64,000 nt of DNA from Octopus vulgaris (GCA_951406725.2 OX597828.1:19902001-19966000), one strand, 5' to 3'. Positions 41,330-55,787 are shown, numbered from the stretch's first letter. A program made the numbers and translations. The notes: generated by a model from the letters alone, not told the origin.

Positions 41330-41545
41330 GAAAGATGTTTATAAGACATTTAAGAAACACAAAAACCGTTAGATTCACTTCAGCATTTAAATTTAATTTG
41401 TCAAATTATTTTCGTCGTTTTGAGACCGCGACCTGTTCACTGACAACATTCCGTGCTGCATCTCAAATATTTTGACATTAAATGTAAATATTGAAGTGAA
41501 TCTAACGTTTTTTGTGTGTTTCTTAAATGGCTTATAAACACCTTC
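41330..41545. repeat. ~80-bp inverted repeat overlapping a hammerhead-like motif
   Basis: Arms 41330-41410 / 41465-41545. Confidence 0.85.
41398..41446 (-). ncRNA. Hammerhead-like motif with G3:C8 core swap
   Basis: TTGTCA-GTGAACA-G-GTCG(loop)CGAC-GAA-AATAAT-T-TGACAA: 6-bp stem I. The inverted partial copy keeps the palindromic AATATT stem III. Confidence 0.55.
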
Positions 41546-42039
41546 AAAGTTACTTTATTTCATCTACCTCTAAAAGGATGAAATGCAAAGTTGGCCTTAA
41601 CGGGATTTGGACTCAGAATATAAAGGGTCGTAACTCAATAACGCAAAAGACTTTTAACCAATGCTATAATGATTCTAGGAAATGAATTGAGAACATCCTT
41701 GCAAAGTGAGTATATATTAAGGGACTTTATGCGAAGGAGTATCCAAGGTGTCAGAGGATTAGATTAAATGAATTGAATAATTGTGGATCGATGCGTTTTG
41801 CTCTTCAGCCCCCACCCAACCAGAATGACAACTTTAATAAATATAGACGCTCGATTTACTAAGTATAGTAATCAAATCTTTTCAAAATCATATCATATAT
41901 TCTTAGACATGTCACGTTAAATAATATATTCCAAGATACATTGTGTATCCAAAGGACAGCTAAGGTTTTTATGGATAAAATACGTTTGATCAAAGATCTG
42001 CTGCATCAGGGTTTAGCAAAAGAAAAAACATCAAAAATA

Positions 42040-42392
<353 letters not shown>

Positions 42393-43659
42393 ATGAACGA
42401 ATGAAGGAATCTCTGTGTTGCCGCTTGATCTACTTGAATATTTCCTTCAAACCACATCTGATTTTCTTGAAGAATGTACTCTTTGCACATTAACTGTTGC
42501 ACTCCTAGATACACACTACCTAAAGGAAATGCAAGGTGGTAACACGTGGAGCAATTATAGTAGGTATACCAAGTCCTTGATACAGATAGATATCTAGGTA
42601 CCTCAATACATTCAGTTCTACGTACGGCTTAGTTACCTAAACGCAGATAAGTTCCTAAATACCTCAACACAGTCCTATGTAAAGGTACACTAGACGTAAA
42701 AGGAAGCCAAACTGTTTACAGATGGAACAAATTTGAACATAAATTTCTTCGATGAAGACTGTTCTAGAGCTAAACAAGCACAACCAGAAAAACTGCAACA
42801 ACAGCAATAACAATAACAACACTAACATCAACAATTACCGATGAAATACAATCATGTTTCTGTTGTTCAACTGAATATAATCTTCCTCCTCAACCTATCT
42901 CCAGAAACTTATTACCTTTTTTTCCAATATAAAATATCGATTACTAACGTCGACACAAGGTCAGAAATTTGGGGCAGTGTTATATTCGATTTTTATCGAT
43001 CCCAGTATTTGACTGCCGTTTCATCGATTCCAGAAGGATTAATGAAAACGTTGAACTGGGTGGCATTTGGATTCATCATTTTGTTCAATTCTCTCCCTCT
43101 CTCTCGATCGATCGATTATCGTTCTACCGAATTTTTCCAATATATAATATCGATTTCTAAGGTAGGTTTGCAGCTACAAGAATTTGACTGGTATTTAATT
43201 TAACGGATCTTCAATGAGGCAAAACAAAATTAAACTCGGTGGCATTTGAACTCAGAATGGAATGGGGCAATATCAAATGCTTCCAGACAATTTTGTTCAA
43301 TGTTTTACCGATTCTGCTAATCGATAACATTTTCTTCCGATATAATATCGATTTCTAATATAACTTAACATTTAAGGATTTGTGATATTGATTATTACAT
43401 TAACAGCAATAACTGAACTGGATTTTGATTTGTATTGATACCTGAATGTTTAGATTGAATTGGATTGCCTATGTTCAGGCTATTGCAGGATGAAGGCCTT
43501 AGCATGTAGCATGCACTCACCATCAACCATGGTCGGATGTGGAGGCTCTGAATTTGGCCGTCAGATCATAGTGTTTCGATGAGCCTATTTTGCCTATTGG
43601 CTCAACATTTCTTGGTAGATGGGTGCATATTTTTATACACTTACCCAGAAATATTTCAG

Positions 43660-44140
43660 TTGATTACATCGACCACATTGTTTAGCTGGTACTTACTCTT
43701 TTGACTCCGAAAGGATAAAAGGTAAAGTCGACCTCGGCGGAATTTTCAGTCAGAGCGTAAGGACAGCGATGTACCACTAAGCATTTCGCTAGGCCATACA
43801 TGAGTGATATAATGGCAAAGTTGACCGCGGTAAGATTTGAACTGAACGCATGAATCGAAACTAAATCGCGTAAAGCATCTGCACAAATCTTAGCCAACAC
43901 TCTATTCCTGCATATAATACTCAATCAAATTTTCGGAACACTGCCAGACATTTTTAAGGGAAGGTAAAGTCGATACATTGTTCCAAGAGTTCAACTCGTA
44001 CTTATTTTATCAACCCCGAAAGAGGTTTAGCCAAAGGAAGCATTTGATCCGCAGTTGCATCTGAACTTTGGTCATAAAGCTATAAGAAATACTGTTAAGC
44101 ATTTTTTTCGGTGTGTTAACGAACCTGCCGACTCGTCGCT
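43660..44140 (-). mobile_element. Cluster of degraded SINE family 2 units
   Basis: gattacatcgac...ccgaaaggataaaaggtaaagtcgacctcggcggaattt, plus more decayed neighbours. Confidence 0.65.
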
Positions 44141-44968
44141 GTTCTTGCATTTTAACCACATGACTTTCACTAGACATTAAATTTAACCTGTTTCCGTTTA
44201 CCTTGATAACATTGTGGTAGTATAAATTTCCTGATTTTTTTATATAACTCAATATACTGGCATAATAAAAACGGTCGTTTCATAATCTATGGCGGAATCA
44301 TCAATAAAAATGTGATATTCGTCAATCTTGTTCACGTGCTTAAACAATTGTGATTAATAATAAAAATTCTCGTATATTCAATCTTCCGCCTTTCATTTAC
44401 CATTTACATAACGAAACACTGTGAAAGTGAGTGCGCTTTACCAGTAAGCCACCAGGTGTAAACCATTCGTTTTATTATCTATCATATATATATATACATA
44501 TATATAAACGTATGCACACGTATATATAGATATATACATAAATATATGCATGTAAGCACAAACACACATACATACACAAATACATTATATTACAAAGATA
44601 TTTTGAAAATTAAAAAAAAACGCAACAATAGCGAGACATATTTTGGTGTCTCTCACAAAAATTGTGAAAGCTGCAAAAAATAATTATGATATTATTGAGA
44701 ACAAAAGAAATTTTTACCCGCTTTTGACAGCCCGTCTTCAACAATATATTGTGCAGTATGTATTTTTTCTACCATTCATCTATTTTTGTTCCCAGTGTGG
44801 TGTTTTTATTGTGATATATATAAACACAGAATTACATACGCAAAGTATCACATAATGTTCACTAATACATGCTGCTAAACACACATACCTATTGAGCGTT
44901 ATACTAATACATATATTTGTTTTCTACACCACCTGTCTTGGTCTTTTGTTTTTTCGTGAACTCTCCCT

Positions 44969-45077
<109 letters not shown>

Positions 45078-45149
45078 TATATTCATATTTATATTTATAC
45101 TTATATTTATATATACACGCACAATATTACATACACAAAGTCTCACATG

Positions 45150-45231
<82 letters not shown>

Positions 45232-47123
45232 CTATATAGGTGGATATACATATATGTTTTATATATACATAAGTACATACGAATAATATTCGGAATCGTG
45301 CGAAAATGTATGGAAAATAAACACAGTATATGAATTAGCGGGTTTATATCCTTTCATTGGAGAATAGGCTGGATTCACTACAATGGAGTGAACAGTGATT
45401 GTTACTCAGTGATTCACACATGCGACCCACAAATTACGGGTTTGTTATTGTTCTTGCGATATCGGTAATATAAAAAGAGTGAAATGATATCTCTTTAAAG
45501 TTCGCTCTCATTGATTATAGCCTGTCTTGTAATCGGTTATCATCCTTACAGTTTGGAAAGTTTTGAACTACTGCGTAACATACAGAGCATTTGTCACCTT
45601 CCAGTTAAAACTGTGGATTTAAAACAGATTTTATAATATATTTATGGATTGTGTTGGTCTTGGGACTGGATAATTTTAAATATTTTCCATGAGAAACTAC
45701 CACTGATGTGGGCAAGTAGAAAATATTTCTCATCTCTAGACATGTAATATTGTTGGTTACTTCAATATCTGAGGCTTTTTGGTAAGAAAGAGTAACATGC
45801 ACATGCCGTGTGCAAAAATGTCATGGCAATATGTAGAAACTTCATGTTATTTCTAGAGAACATGCTACCGATGGACATGGTCGTACAGTAATGCATCAAT
45901 AATGGGACCAAAGTACTTGAGCAATGCATAGAAATATATGCTTTACTCAATTAGAAGGATCCATGCCCTGAACAATCCGGCGACATCACACGGCAGACGG
46001 TCAACAATACCGCCGGAGATTCCACGTGTAAAACTTCCGAAATTCCCAGAGGCACGAACCTCTCAACATATATAGTAGTTTTATAGAATCAGTTTGGTTA
46101 AATACAAAGTGCAAATAATGGTTTGTAGGAGACAAAAGGAGTTATCTCCCACTACAACATGCATTACTTCAAATAACAAATTAGTCAACCAATGTTAAAC
46201 AAGAACTAAAATTACATAACAATATTCCAACATACTTCAAACATTATTATTTGAGAGATTTTAATAACATATTCTCTATTGGCTGACAGAACTTGCGTAA
46301 TAGTTAAATAGATAATGTTATCATACATACTCACACATACCACACATACATGCATACATGCATACATACATACATACATACATACATACATACATACATA
46401 CATACATACATACATACATACATACATTCAGACAACGCGAATATACACATACATGTATACATACAACACACATACATATAAATAAACTTGCATACATATA
46501 TACATATACAAATAGATATATAAAGCGTATATGCATGTATATATATTCGTGTGGGTGTATTTGTGTATAGACGTAAAGCAACAAATATTGTCACCAAAGC
46601 TTTGAGTACGTATGTATGTATGTATGTATGTATGTATGTATGTATGTATGTATGTATGTATGTATGTATGTATGTATGTATGTATGTATGTATGTATGTA
46701 TGTATGTATGTATGTATGTATGTATGTATGTATATGTGTGTGTATTCTCTCTTCTGTTTTTAATCATTTCAAGTCTACGCTTAAGGAACGAACTAATTTC
46801 TAACAAGCTCCGTCTCTCGAATGCAGATAAGAGGAACAATGCAATATTTTATATACGTGTGAACGTATTCATCGATGTATGTTTCTATAAGGGGAGAGAG
46901 AAGGAGATAAGAAATTTGCCAATATAAACGAATATATGTAAAATTACTTGAATTTAAATCTGTCTGAAATGTAATTCTGATTTCCATATCACCACGCGGA
47001 TGTATATATATATATATATATAACGTGTGTGTGTGTGTGTGTGTACATATATGTGTGTGTGTGATAGATACATATATATATACACACACACACACACACA
47101 ATATATATATATACATGCATGTA

Positions 47124-47154
<31 letters not shown>

Positions 47155-47277
47155 GTGTATATATATATATATACATACATATATATATATATATATGTAT
47201 ATATATGTATATATATACATATATATATATACATATATGTATATATATGTATATATATGTATATATACATACATATA

Positions 47278-47332
<55 letters not shown>

Positions 47333-47366
47333 ATATATGTCTATATATACATATTATTTTATTTTT

Positions 47367-47713
47367 TCTTATACGTGTTTCAACCATTTGACTGCAGCCA
47401 TGCTGGAGCACCGCCTTTAGTCGAAGAAATGGACCCCTAGTGCTTATTCTATCGGTCACTTTTGCCGATCCGCTAAGTTACGGGGACGTAAACACAGCAA
47501 CATCGGTTGTCAAGCGATGGTGAGGGAGAAACACAAACAAATACACCCACACACATATATACACACATATGACGGGCTTCTTTCTGTTTCCGTCTACCAA
47601 ATCCACTCACAAGGCTTTGGTCGACTCGAGGCTATAGTAGAAGACACACGCCCAAGGTGCCACGCAGTAGGACTGAACTCGGTACCATGTGGTTGAGAAG
47701 CTAGCTTCTTACA
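47367..47713 (-). mobile_element. SINE family 1, near full length
   Basis: catttgactgcagccatgctggagcacc...ggtgccacgcagtaggactgaac...ccatgtggttg. Confidence 0.88.
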
Positions 47714-47872
47714 ATTCACAACGACCACTCTAAAATATTCCAATTCTTTATTCTTGGACTTAACTTTCCTTCGACCTCATTTCTTACTTACTATTAGTCT
47801 TATCTTTATTCTTATCTGTATCTTCATGTTTTATTTTCATATATATTTTAATTTTTATCTGTACTTCATTTC

Positions 47873-47873
<1 letters not shown>

Positions 47874-47903
<30 letters not shown>

Positions 47904-48034
47904 CTTCTTCTTCTTCTTCTTCTTCTTCTTCTTCTTCTTCTTCTTCTTCTTCCTTCTTCTTCTTCTTCTTCTTCTTCTTTGCTTCTTCTTTTCTTCTTCT
48001 TCTTCTTCTTCTTCTTCTTCTTCTACTTCTTTTC

Positions 48035-48065
<31 letters not shown>

Positions 48066-48140
48066 CTTCTTCTTCTTCTTCTTCTTCTTCTTCTTCCTCC
48101 TCCTCCCCCTCCTTCTCCTCCTCTTCTTCTTTTTCTTCTT
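47874..48140. repeat. (TTC)n polypyrimidine tract
   Basis: Directly visible. Confidence 0.95.
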
Positions 48141-48837
48141 CTACACACATGCTACTGTATATTTTTTTTGTCATATATTTTCCCATTTTATAAACTAATT
48201 CAAATATTTTCCCCTTTTTTGTGTGTATTCTTGTAAGAAAAATCTTTTCACTATTTAGCTATCTAGTAAAACATACACTTTTCAGTTTGCAAACGGCTAT
48301 GTGTTACTTGAAGCTCATACCAAAATCATTCACTGTAAACATTATTATTAATATTAAAATAAAAACTATCCAAAAGAACCCATCTCTTCTCATTTTTTCA
48401 AATATATGTATATATATATATAACATAAAATAACATATATATATATATGCATAGACACACTGCCGCACATGCATATACGCATATGTGTGTATGTGTGAGT
48501 ATCTGTGTGTGTACAACATTACAACGGTATTGAAACTTCTGTTTCAGAAATTAAAAGAAGAAAAAAAAAATTTTTTTTTCAAAGAAATTTTGTAAAATAA
48601 GTAAATCAACGAAACTCAAGTAAGAAAAATCGTTGTTAAAAATTTCATTTAGTCATGATATTGTTTTTTTTTTCTCTGAAATATAACATACATCGTATCA
48701 CGCTATTAGGATTGCAGTAGAAGTCAGCAAGAACAGCAGACGCCTTGACAAATAGCATCGTGAAGCAGATGACTTCATATATATATATATACACATGCAT
48801 AACTATACATACGCACACACACACACATATATATATA

Positions 48838-49010
48838 GGGGGAGAATTCACGAAAAAAAAGACAGGTGGTGTAGAAAACAAACATATGTATTAGTATAAC
48901 GCTCGGGAATTGAAAAAAGTTTTTAACGTGTCGAACCAACGGTCTTCCACAGAAAGGAACACAGAAAGAAACAAGGAGAGAAACATGGAGAGAAAAAAAT
49001 GTGTGTAGTG
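48838..49010 (-). mobile_element. Repeat family A, with decayed hammerhead-like motif at 48920-48957
   Basis: Homologous to 398-610; minus-strand core reads CCTTT-CTGTGGA-A... Confidence 0.7.
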
Positions 49011-49301
49011 TCTGTATATATATATTTATAAAAAGTGTAGGTGGCATACGAGTGGGTATATATTTATAACGATTCTAGTCACGCACAAGACAGCCATTAT
49101 GCTCCCCCCCTGCCACAAAACAGCACCACGTAGACTCTGTTGAGACTAGTAAGAAACAATTTTGAACTTTTTTTATTACACTTAACTTTTAAAAATATTT
49201 TTGATAAGGTTCGTTTTTTCGGGAACCGAAATATAAAACCTCTTAGAAAATTAAAATTTATCTTATATAGTGGCGTTTTCAAACTTCTTTTTTATAAATA
49301 A

Positions 49302-49342
<41 letters not shown>

Positions 49343-49360
49343 AGTGTGCGTGTGTGTGTG

Positions 49361-49396
<36 letters not shown>

Positions 49397-49402
49397 GATA
49401 TA

Positions 49403-49602
49403 TACTGTTGTGTCTGGAGAGAGTCATTCTCTTTTAGTGTCTTATAATTTAACACACTCACCGGTAAAATTTCCACTCATTTCCTTATTTCCTTTTCAAA
49501 GATTTTTGGACAATAAATAAGTAAATGAGTGGAAATTATACAGGTGAGTGTTAAATTATAAGGCACTAAAAGAGAATGACTTTCCACAGACACAACAGAA
49601 TA
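49403..49602. repeat. ~88-bp inverted repeat, 24-nt spacer, between microsatellites
   Basis: Arms 49403-49490 / 49515-49602. Confidence 0.85.
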
Positions 49603-49669
49603 TGCCTCAACACACGAACCCACATAAAGAAACTTGCAAACCAAATCCCAAAACGAAATATATATATAA

Positions 49670-49737
<68 letters not shown>

Positions 49738-49738
49738 C

Positions 49739-49784
<46 letters not shown>

Positions 49785-50244
49785 ATGTTTAAAGAAATTA
49801 TTTGGACTTTCGGTATATGTCTGGTAGTATGTTGATTAAAGCACTTTCACAGTTTAGGCTATCTAATGTCACCCACAGTTACGATATAATAGTCAAGAAA
49901 TCCGGAGTGTTGGCTGAGTTTATAATGAATGAGGGAAATGAAATCTTTATTCAGCACAATGACCGTTTCGACTAATCCTGCGTCTTTCGCTTACGGGTTG
50001 GATATGATATTGTACTGTTAGTTGTGCTGTAACCATCATTGGAGGCTTTGTCACATCAGGTGTCTCGTTGAAATAAAATATCTCACTACACATATTAAGT
50101 TTTGCTCGACATGTTGTAGTCGACCATTGATGGATGCAACACGACTAACTGTGCAATATCCCACCTGTAATGGACAGAAGCAGGATGGGTATGTGTTGAA
50201 TAAAGATTCTTGCTAAATCTATTTTCTGCTTCCCCCATTCATTA

Positions 50245-50281
<37 letters not shown>

Positions 50282-50456
50282 CATATCATACATAACGGAG
50301 AAATTGTATGAATATATAAGTGGATGATGAGTAAAGCACCGGCACAGTTTCGATTACCTGTTGTTACCTGTAGATTTACTGCAGGAACTTCGTAGTGGCA
50401 GTTGGAGTAATAGTGTTAATAAAATAGGAGATGGAATGTGTAATAGACTTTATTGG

Positions 50457-50498
50457 GTACAACACATGTTTCGACCCATTCTGGGTGTTTTCAGGTAC
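50457..50498 (-). ncRNA. Decayed minimal hammerhead-like motif
   Basis: GTAC-CTGAAAA-C-ACCCA(GAA)TGGGT-C-GAA-ACATGTGT-T-GTAC; G8 is lost. Confidence 0.5.
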
Positions 50499-51159
50499 AT
50501 CAATAAAATGTCTCACTAGAGATTTCTTGAGTCGGCTTAAGTACCGCTATATGTCCATCAATTTCGAGAATGAGTAAAATCAGAGAAAAATTACTGAAAC
50601 GCAAAAATTTCAAATATGAACGTGGAAAATATCGATTCTATTTTAGAGACAATGACGTAATCAACTTTCGCTGTTGTAACTATTAAGAGAAAAAAAAAGG
50701 AAGTAGCAGATAAAAGGAAGATAGTAATAATAAGAAATTTTTTTTGTGTGTTCGTGCTTAGACGCATAAATAGATACAGAGATATATATATACACGCACA
50801 TATAGATAAGCACTCACACACGAGCATCCAAGTATATGGGCATATACATACAACTAAATACATGCGCATACGCACACGTATGGACGAATATATACATATA
50901 TACGTATAGGAACTCGTATACGCAGATACACACGTGTATATATATACATAAAAATACGTAAATAGCATAGATAAATATGTGCATAGACTCCTACGTAAAG
51001 CGTTCGTGCATATCTTGCATATTAGCGATGCTTCAGCATGGCCACAATCTTTGGGCTTAAGTGCATAAATGAATATATGTGTACACACACATATATATGT
51101 ATGTGTATATTTATATATTTGCACACTTGTATACATGTGTCTGTGTATATAAACAAACT

Positions 51160-51481
51160 GGTATTCCGTCGCTTATGACGACAAGTGTTCTATTTGATCC
51201 GATCAACAGAATATGCAACTCGTTAATTAACGTGTGAGTAGCTGAGGGCTCCGCAGACACGCGTACCCTTAAGGTAGTTCACAGGGAGATTCAGCGTGAC
51301 ACAACAGAATGTGACAAGGCTGGTGTATTGGACTACATGTAGAACTCGTCTCTGCAAGCTGAGTGTACTGAAGTAACGTGAAATAAAGTGTTTTGTTCAA
51401 GGACATACAAAGCCATCAGTATTCGAACTCACGACCTTAAAATCGTGATCCGAATACCCCTAATCACTAAGCCACCCGCCT
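51160..51481 (-). mobile_element. tRNA-derived SINE, family 4
   Basis: Minus-strand head ggtggcttagtgattagg...ggtcgtgagttcgaatact, followed by gtccttgaacaaaacactttatttcacg (conserved SINE central-domain-like motif). Confidence 0.75.
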
Positions 51482-51940
51482 AGAAATAGTAGTGCAGAGG
51501 TATAGAAAGAAAATTATTTTAAGAGAACAATAAACCACTCGCATACACTCGCACCCGCATGAATGCATACATATGTACACATACGCAAGCGTCTACATAT
51601 TTCGATAAGAACGTTAATACCGTATATTAATTATGATTTAATTAGATTGCTTGATTGTGTAATTAGTTGAGTAATTAATTTTATTGTTTCACTGATTGAT
51701 TAAATAATTGGTAAAATTAGAAAATTAAATTACGACAAGAGAGAACCTCGAGATTGACACATAACAAAATTGCTGTTTGCATCAATGATTACGATTCGTG
51801 TTTATTGTCCAACATTTAATAACATTTAATAAGATTATTTGTGCAGCACAACAAAGTCATGTCAAATGTAATAACTTTTCCGTTTTCATTTTGAATTTGA
51901 AGCAAATTTTATATATATATATATATATAATAAATTAGAA

Positions 51941-51999
<59 letters not shown>

Positions 52000-52089
52000 G
52001 AAATAAGTACTCAGAAATCTGGATGGTTTTATATTTACAGATTTTTATTAATATGTCACGTTTTTATAAAATACCTTATTTCTTCTCTA

Positions 52090-52171
<82 letters not shown>

Positions 52172-52669
52172 GAATAAATGTAAAGACAAGCAAGTTAGAC
52201 AAGTCGATACGTACGCATAAAATATTAAATACCTTAGTTCAAAAAATGTACAAATGTATACATATGATTTACACATATGATTTACACAGATTAGAAATGG
52301 TATCAGGAATTAACAGCTATTTCTGGAACCTTGCTGGTCCAAAATAATGATTGTACCTGGATTCCATTATCGAATAATATCAGCTTCCATCTTTCATCCA
52401 GAGATTATAATTACGTCCTCCAAATAAGCGATGTCCTCGAAAAACCTATAATATCCTCACCTTTAAGCTTAAAACTAAAATAACGCATCTATTTCCAATA
52501 CTAACTCTGAATTTACTGACACTACTTTCGCTCTACACCACTCCAACAACTCCCTAAAGAAAACCTTACACACCGCACTCGATCGCACCACTGGTCACTC
52601 CGAGCATATATCAACAACAAGCTACCTCACTCTTGGTCAACCCACTACAACCACACACTCTATCAATCT

Positions 52670-52840
52670 AAGGTCAGGAAGCGGGAAATCTTATGGTTTG
52701 CACCACCTTTCTCTCTCCAAGTCAAATCTCTACCCAACATCTTTAAATCCTAAAATCTAATTCTCCACCACAGCATAAATACTACCCCATCTTTTAACAA
52801 ATCATCAGTGAAAATCTCCCACTCCACTACACCTAATTTA
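52670..52840 (+). mobile_element. Penelope-like linker fragment
   Basis: RKREILWFAPPFSLQVKS...PQHKYYPI/FNKSSVKISHSTTPNL (frameshifted), matching the PLE IIWFNPPFS..KIFN..VKISYS..PN motif. Confidence 0.7.
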
Positions 52841-52844
52841 GGAT

Positions 52845-52925
52845 GGTGTTATCTGAGGGAAGTTAAGCAGTTGTGGTCGATGAAAAAAGTAGCAGTAGTA
52901 CCAATAATTGTTGGAGCCCTGGGAA
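52845..52925 (+). mobile_element. R4/Dong-type RLE fragment
   Basis: REVKQLWSMKKVAVVPIIVGALG. Confidence 0.65.
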
Positions 52926-53386
52926 GATGGGCTACAGCAAATATTCTGCTCAATACCACAGATTTGCTTGTCAGTTGTTTGACCTTAACCAGTTGAGCAT
53001 GTCCCTTAGTGGCTGACGATATGTGCATCTCTGATCACGAGCAGAAGTAGTAGGGGAGCATCATAGCCATGTGTTGAAAGGGATTCTTTGGGGTTTGAAT
53101 AATTCACCTCTGGAAACATGGGTGGTTCTTTCAACATCCTTAAACAACCCTTATTCAGGGACCTTTTGAGCGGGATGGGCTACTCAACCTGAAGAAAATT
53201 CTAACTGGGCCCCACCTGCAAGGTCATGTGCTGTTTATCTTGATATGAGATCACCATGTCGCGCACATATGGTTGTGATGCATGTGCCTGGTGTACCTTT
53301 ATCAGACGGGTAGTCATGATGGGTATATTGGGCTTCGTATATTTTACCCCAGTGTCACTTTGATGGCATGCACTGCTCTCTCACTC

Positions 53387-53388
<2 letters not shown>
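52925..53388 (+). mobile_element. Family T element, 5'-truncated, followed by (TAA)n
   Basis: Colinear with 22390-22860. Confidence 0.87.
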
Positions 53389-53459
<71 letters not shown>

Positions 53460-54391
53460 TTCTTAGTTCGAATTCCATCGAGATCAACTTTGCTTAGAGA
53501 AACAAAAAACATTTATCGTGGTACATGAATTTAATAACAATAGATTTGTGGTTTCATTGACACATGGATCAGCAGAATCGCTTCATGCTATTTTCTAGAA
53601 CTGTCTCTGGAATTGTTCCAGAAATTTTGGTTCTGTAGAACTATATTATGCATTCATTTAATTCCAACTTTCTGGCCTGCCCCCTTTAGATAAACATCCA
53701 TAAGTAATATGTATGCATAATATTTGACCTGTTTAATTCCGGAGTGCATCCCAGGTGGAGACAGTATGCATATGTATGGGAGTGTGTATATATGTATATA
53801 TGTATATATATGTACGTATGTATGTATGTATGTATGTACGCATGTATGCCTGTGTTTATATATTCATTGTATTATATTTATTGTATATATCTATTGTATT
53901 TATTTATTTATTCCTATGATTGTTGTATATAAATCTTACTGATGTTTGTCAATCGAATCTCTTCGCCATTTTCTTCCTTGCCTTATGTAAATTCCAGATA
54001 AAGATCTCCACTTGTAACTATCATTCAATTGTACTATTGCCTTGCAACAGTAACCCTTTGAATATAAATAGGTATTCCTCCAGTAGTATATTGGATATTT
54101 ATTATCCCTTAAATGGTGTCTAAACTCGAATCCATATATATGTATATATATATATAAATATATATATAATCAGAATTAGAGATAAAACCACTATTATGCA
54201 ACTCATTAATAACACATAATATATAAAATTTAAAAAAAATGTGTGTGTAGGGTATACATATCTGTGTATATGTATATATATGTATATATATATATTCATA
54301 CACACCTACACGCGTATGTATTTGTGTATGTATGTGTGTATGTATGTATGTATGTATGTATATATATATATATACATATATATATACATAC

Positions 54392-54423
<32 letters not shown>

Positions 54424-54841
54424 TTTTATTTATTTATAGTATATAGAGGGCATTATTACACATAAATGCCGCACGCATTAAAGTCAAAACTACCAAAGTA
54501 AACATATCGTACCGAATGCAAGTCTCGAAGCAAGTCATTTAAAACCAGAATTTAGCTGCAGATCACCAGTGATTTCGTAATTAACGCAGTGGCTGCGTCC
54601 CTTACTCGTCAGTGCCAGCGTGATTCAAGATTTATAATGAATGAACAAAATCAGCATAGCAGACGAAACAACCATCGTATCCACCGTAGCATATAGAACA
54701 ATCACCCCTTATACATCTATGTAAATGGCGGTCTTTTTCGAATTGCATTTCGGTGACAACGTGCTTATTCGGAATAAAAATCCAGTATTGTATTATTCCG
54801 GTGAAATTTATAATTTAAAAGTAGGATAAAATCTTAGTTGT

Positions 54842-54950
54842 ACTCAAGTTGTACTCAGACTAACTAGGGCGAATAACATCTTGGATCTCTGCTTCACGAG
54901 CAATATGGACCACTTTCATGATGGGAAAGTGATGCCGATGTTAGTCTCGT
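54842..54950 (+). mobile_element. CR1/L2-type LINE AP-endonuclease fragment
   Basis: TQVVLRLTRANNILDLCFTSNMD..V.PML.S resembles the Q.V..PTRGNNILDL.FTN...SDH motif. Confidence 0.6.
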
Positions 54951-55070
54951 AGCGAGACATATAGCCTAAAGGAAGCACCCGAAATCTCTACAATCTGAAC
55001 TTCTAGAAAGCAGACTGAAAATCGATCCTCTGAAAGGATTGGCCGAAATGTCTCTCAACACCAGACATTC

Positions 55071-55124
55071 TGAGTGGATTTGGTAGACGGAAACTCAAAG
55101 AAGCCCGTCGTATATAATTACATA

Positions 55125-55209
<85 letters not shown>

Positions 55210-55430
55210 GTGTATGTATATGTTTGTGAGTCTGTATTTGGCCCCCCAACATCGCGTGACAACTGATGCTGGTGTGTTAACGGCCTCATGACGTAGCGGT
55301 TCGGCAAAAGAGACCGATAGAATTAGTACTAAGCTTACAAAGAATAAGCCCCGGGGTCGATTTGCTCGACTAAAGACGGTGCTCCAGCATGGCCGCTGTC
55401 AGTTGACTGAAACAAGTAAAAGAGTAAAGA

Positions 55431-55431
<1 letters not shown>
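55071..55431 (+). mobile_element. SINE family 1 (5'-truncated) with expanded internal (TA)n
   Basis: tgagtggatttggtagacggaaact...(TA)n...gcggttcggcaaaagagaccgatag...gaaacaagtaaaagagtaaagag. Confidence 0.87.
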
Positions 55432-55483
<52 letters not shown>

Positions 55484-55702
55484 TATATATATGTATACAC
55501 TTTCATAGATATATGCATATCTATGTGCAAGTATATATATGCATGCTTAGATGTGCATGTGTGTGTATGTCGCTACTTCCTAAGCCGTTTCACTAAGTTG
55601 CGATCAATCAATACCAGTAATTCAGGAACGCCTGTGATTTCTCTCCTACTACACTCCCCACAAATCCTCCTATTCCCATTACTCTCTCTTTCTGTCTGTG
55701 TG

Positions 55703-55746
<44 letters not shown>

Positions 55747-55787
55747 TATATGTACATATATATGTATATAATGTATACACACACACA

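Noticed and set aside
45600-46060. Possible Gypsy integrase C-terminal relic (HTADGQQYRRRFHV)
   Set aside because: Only one short motif; no supporting catalytic residues were recognised.
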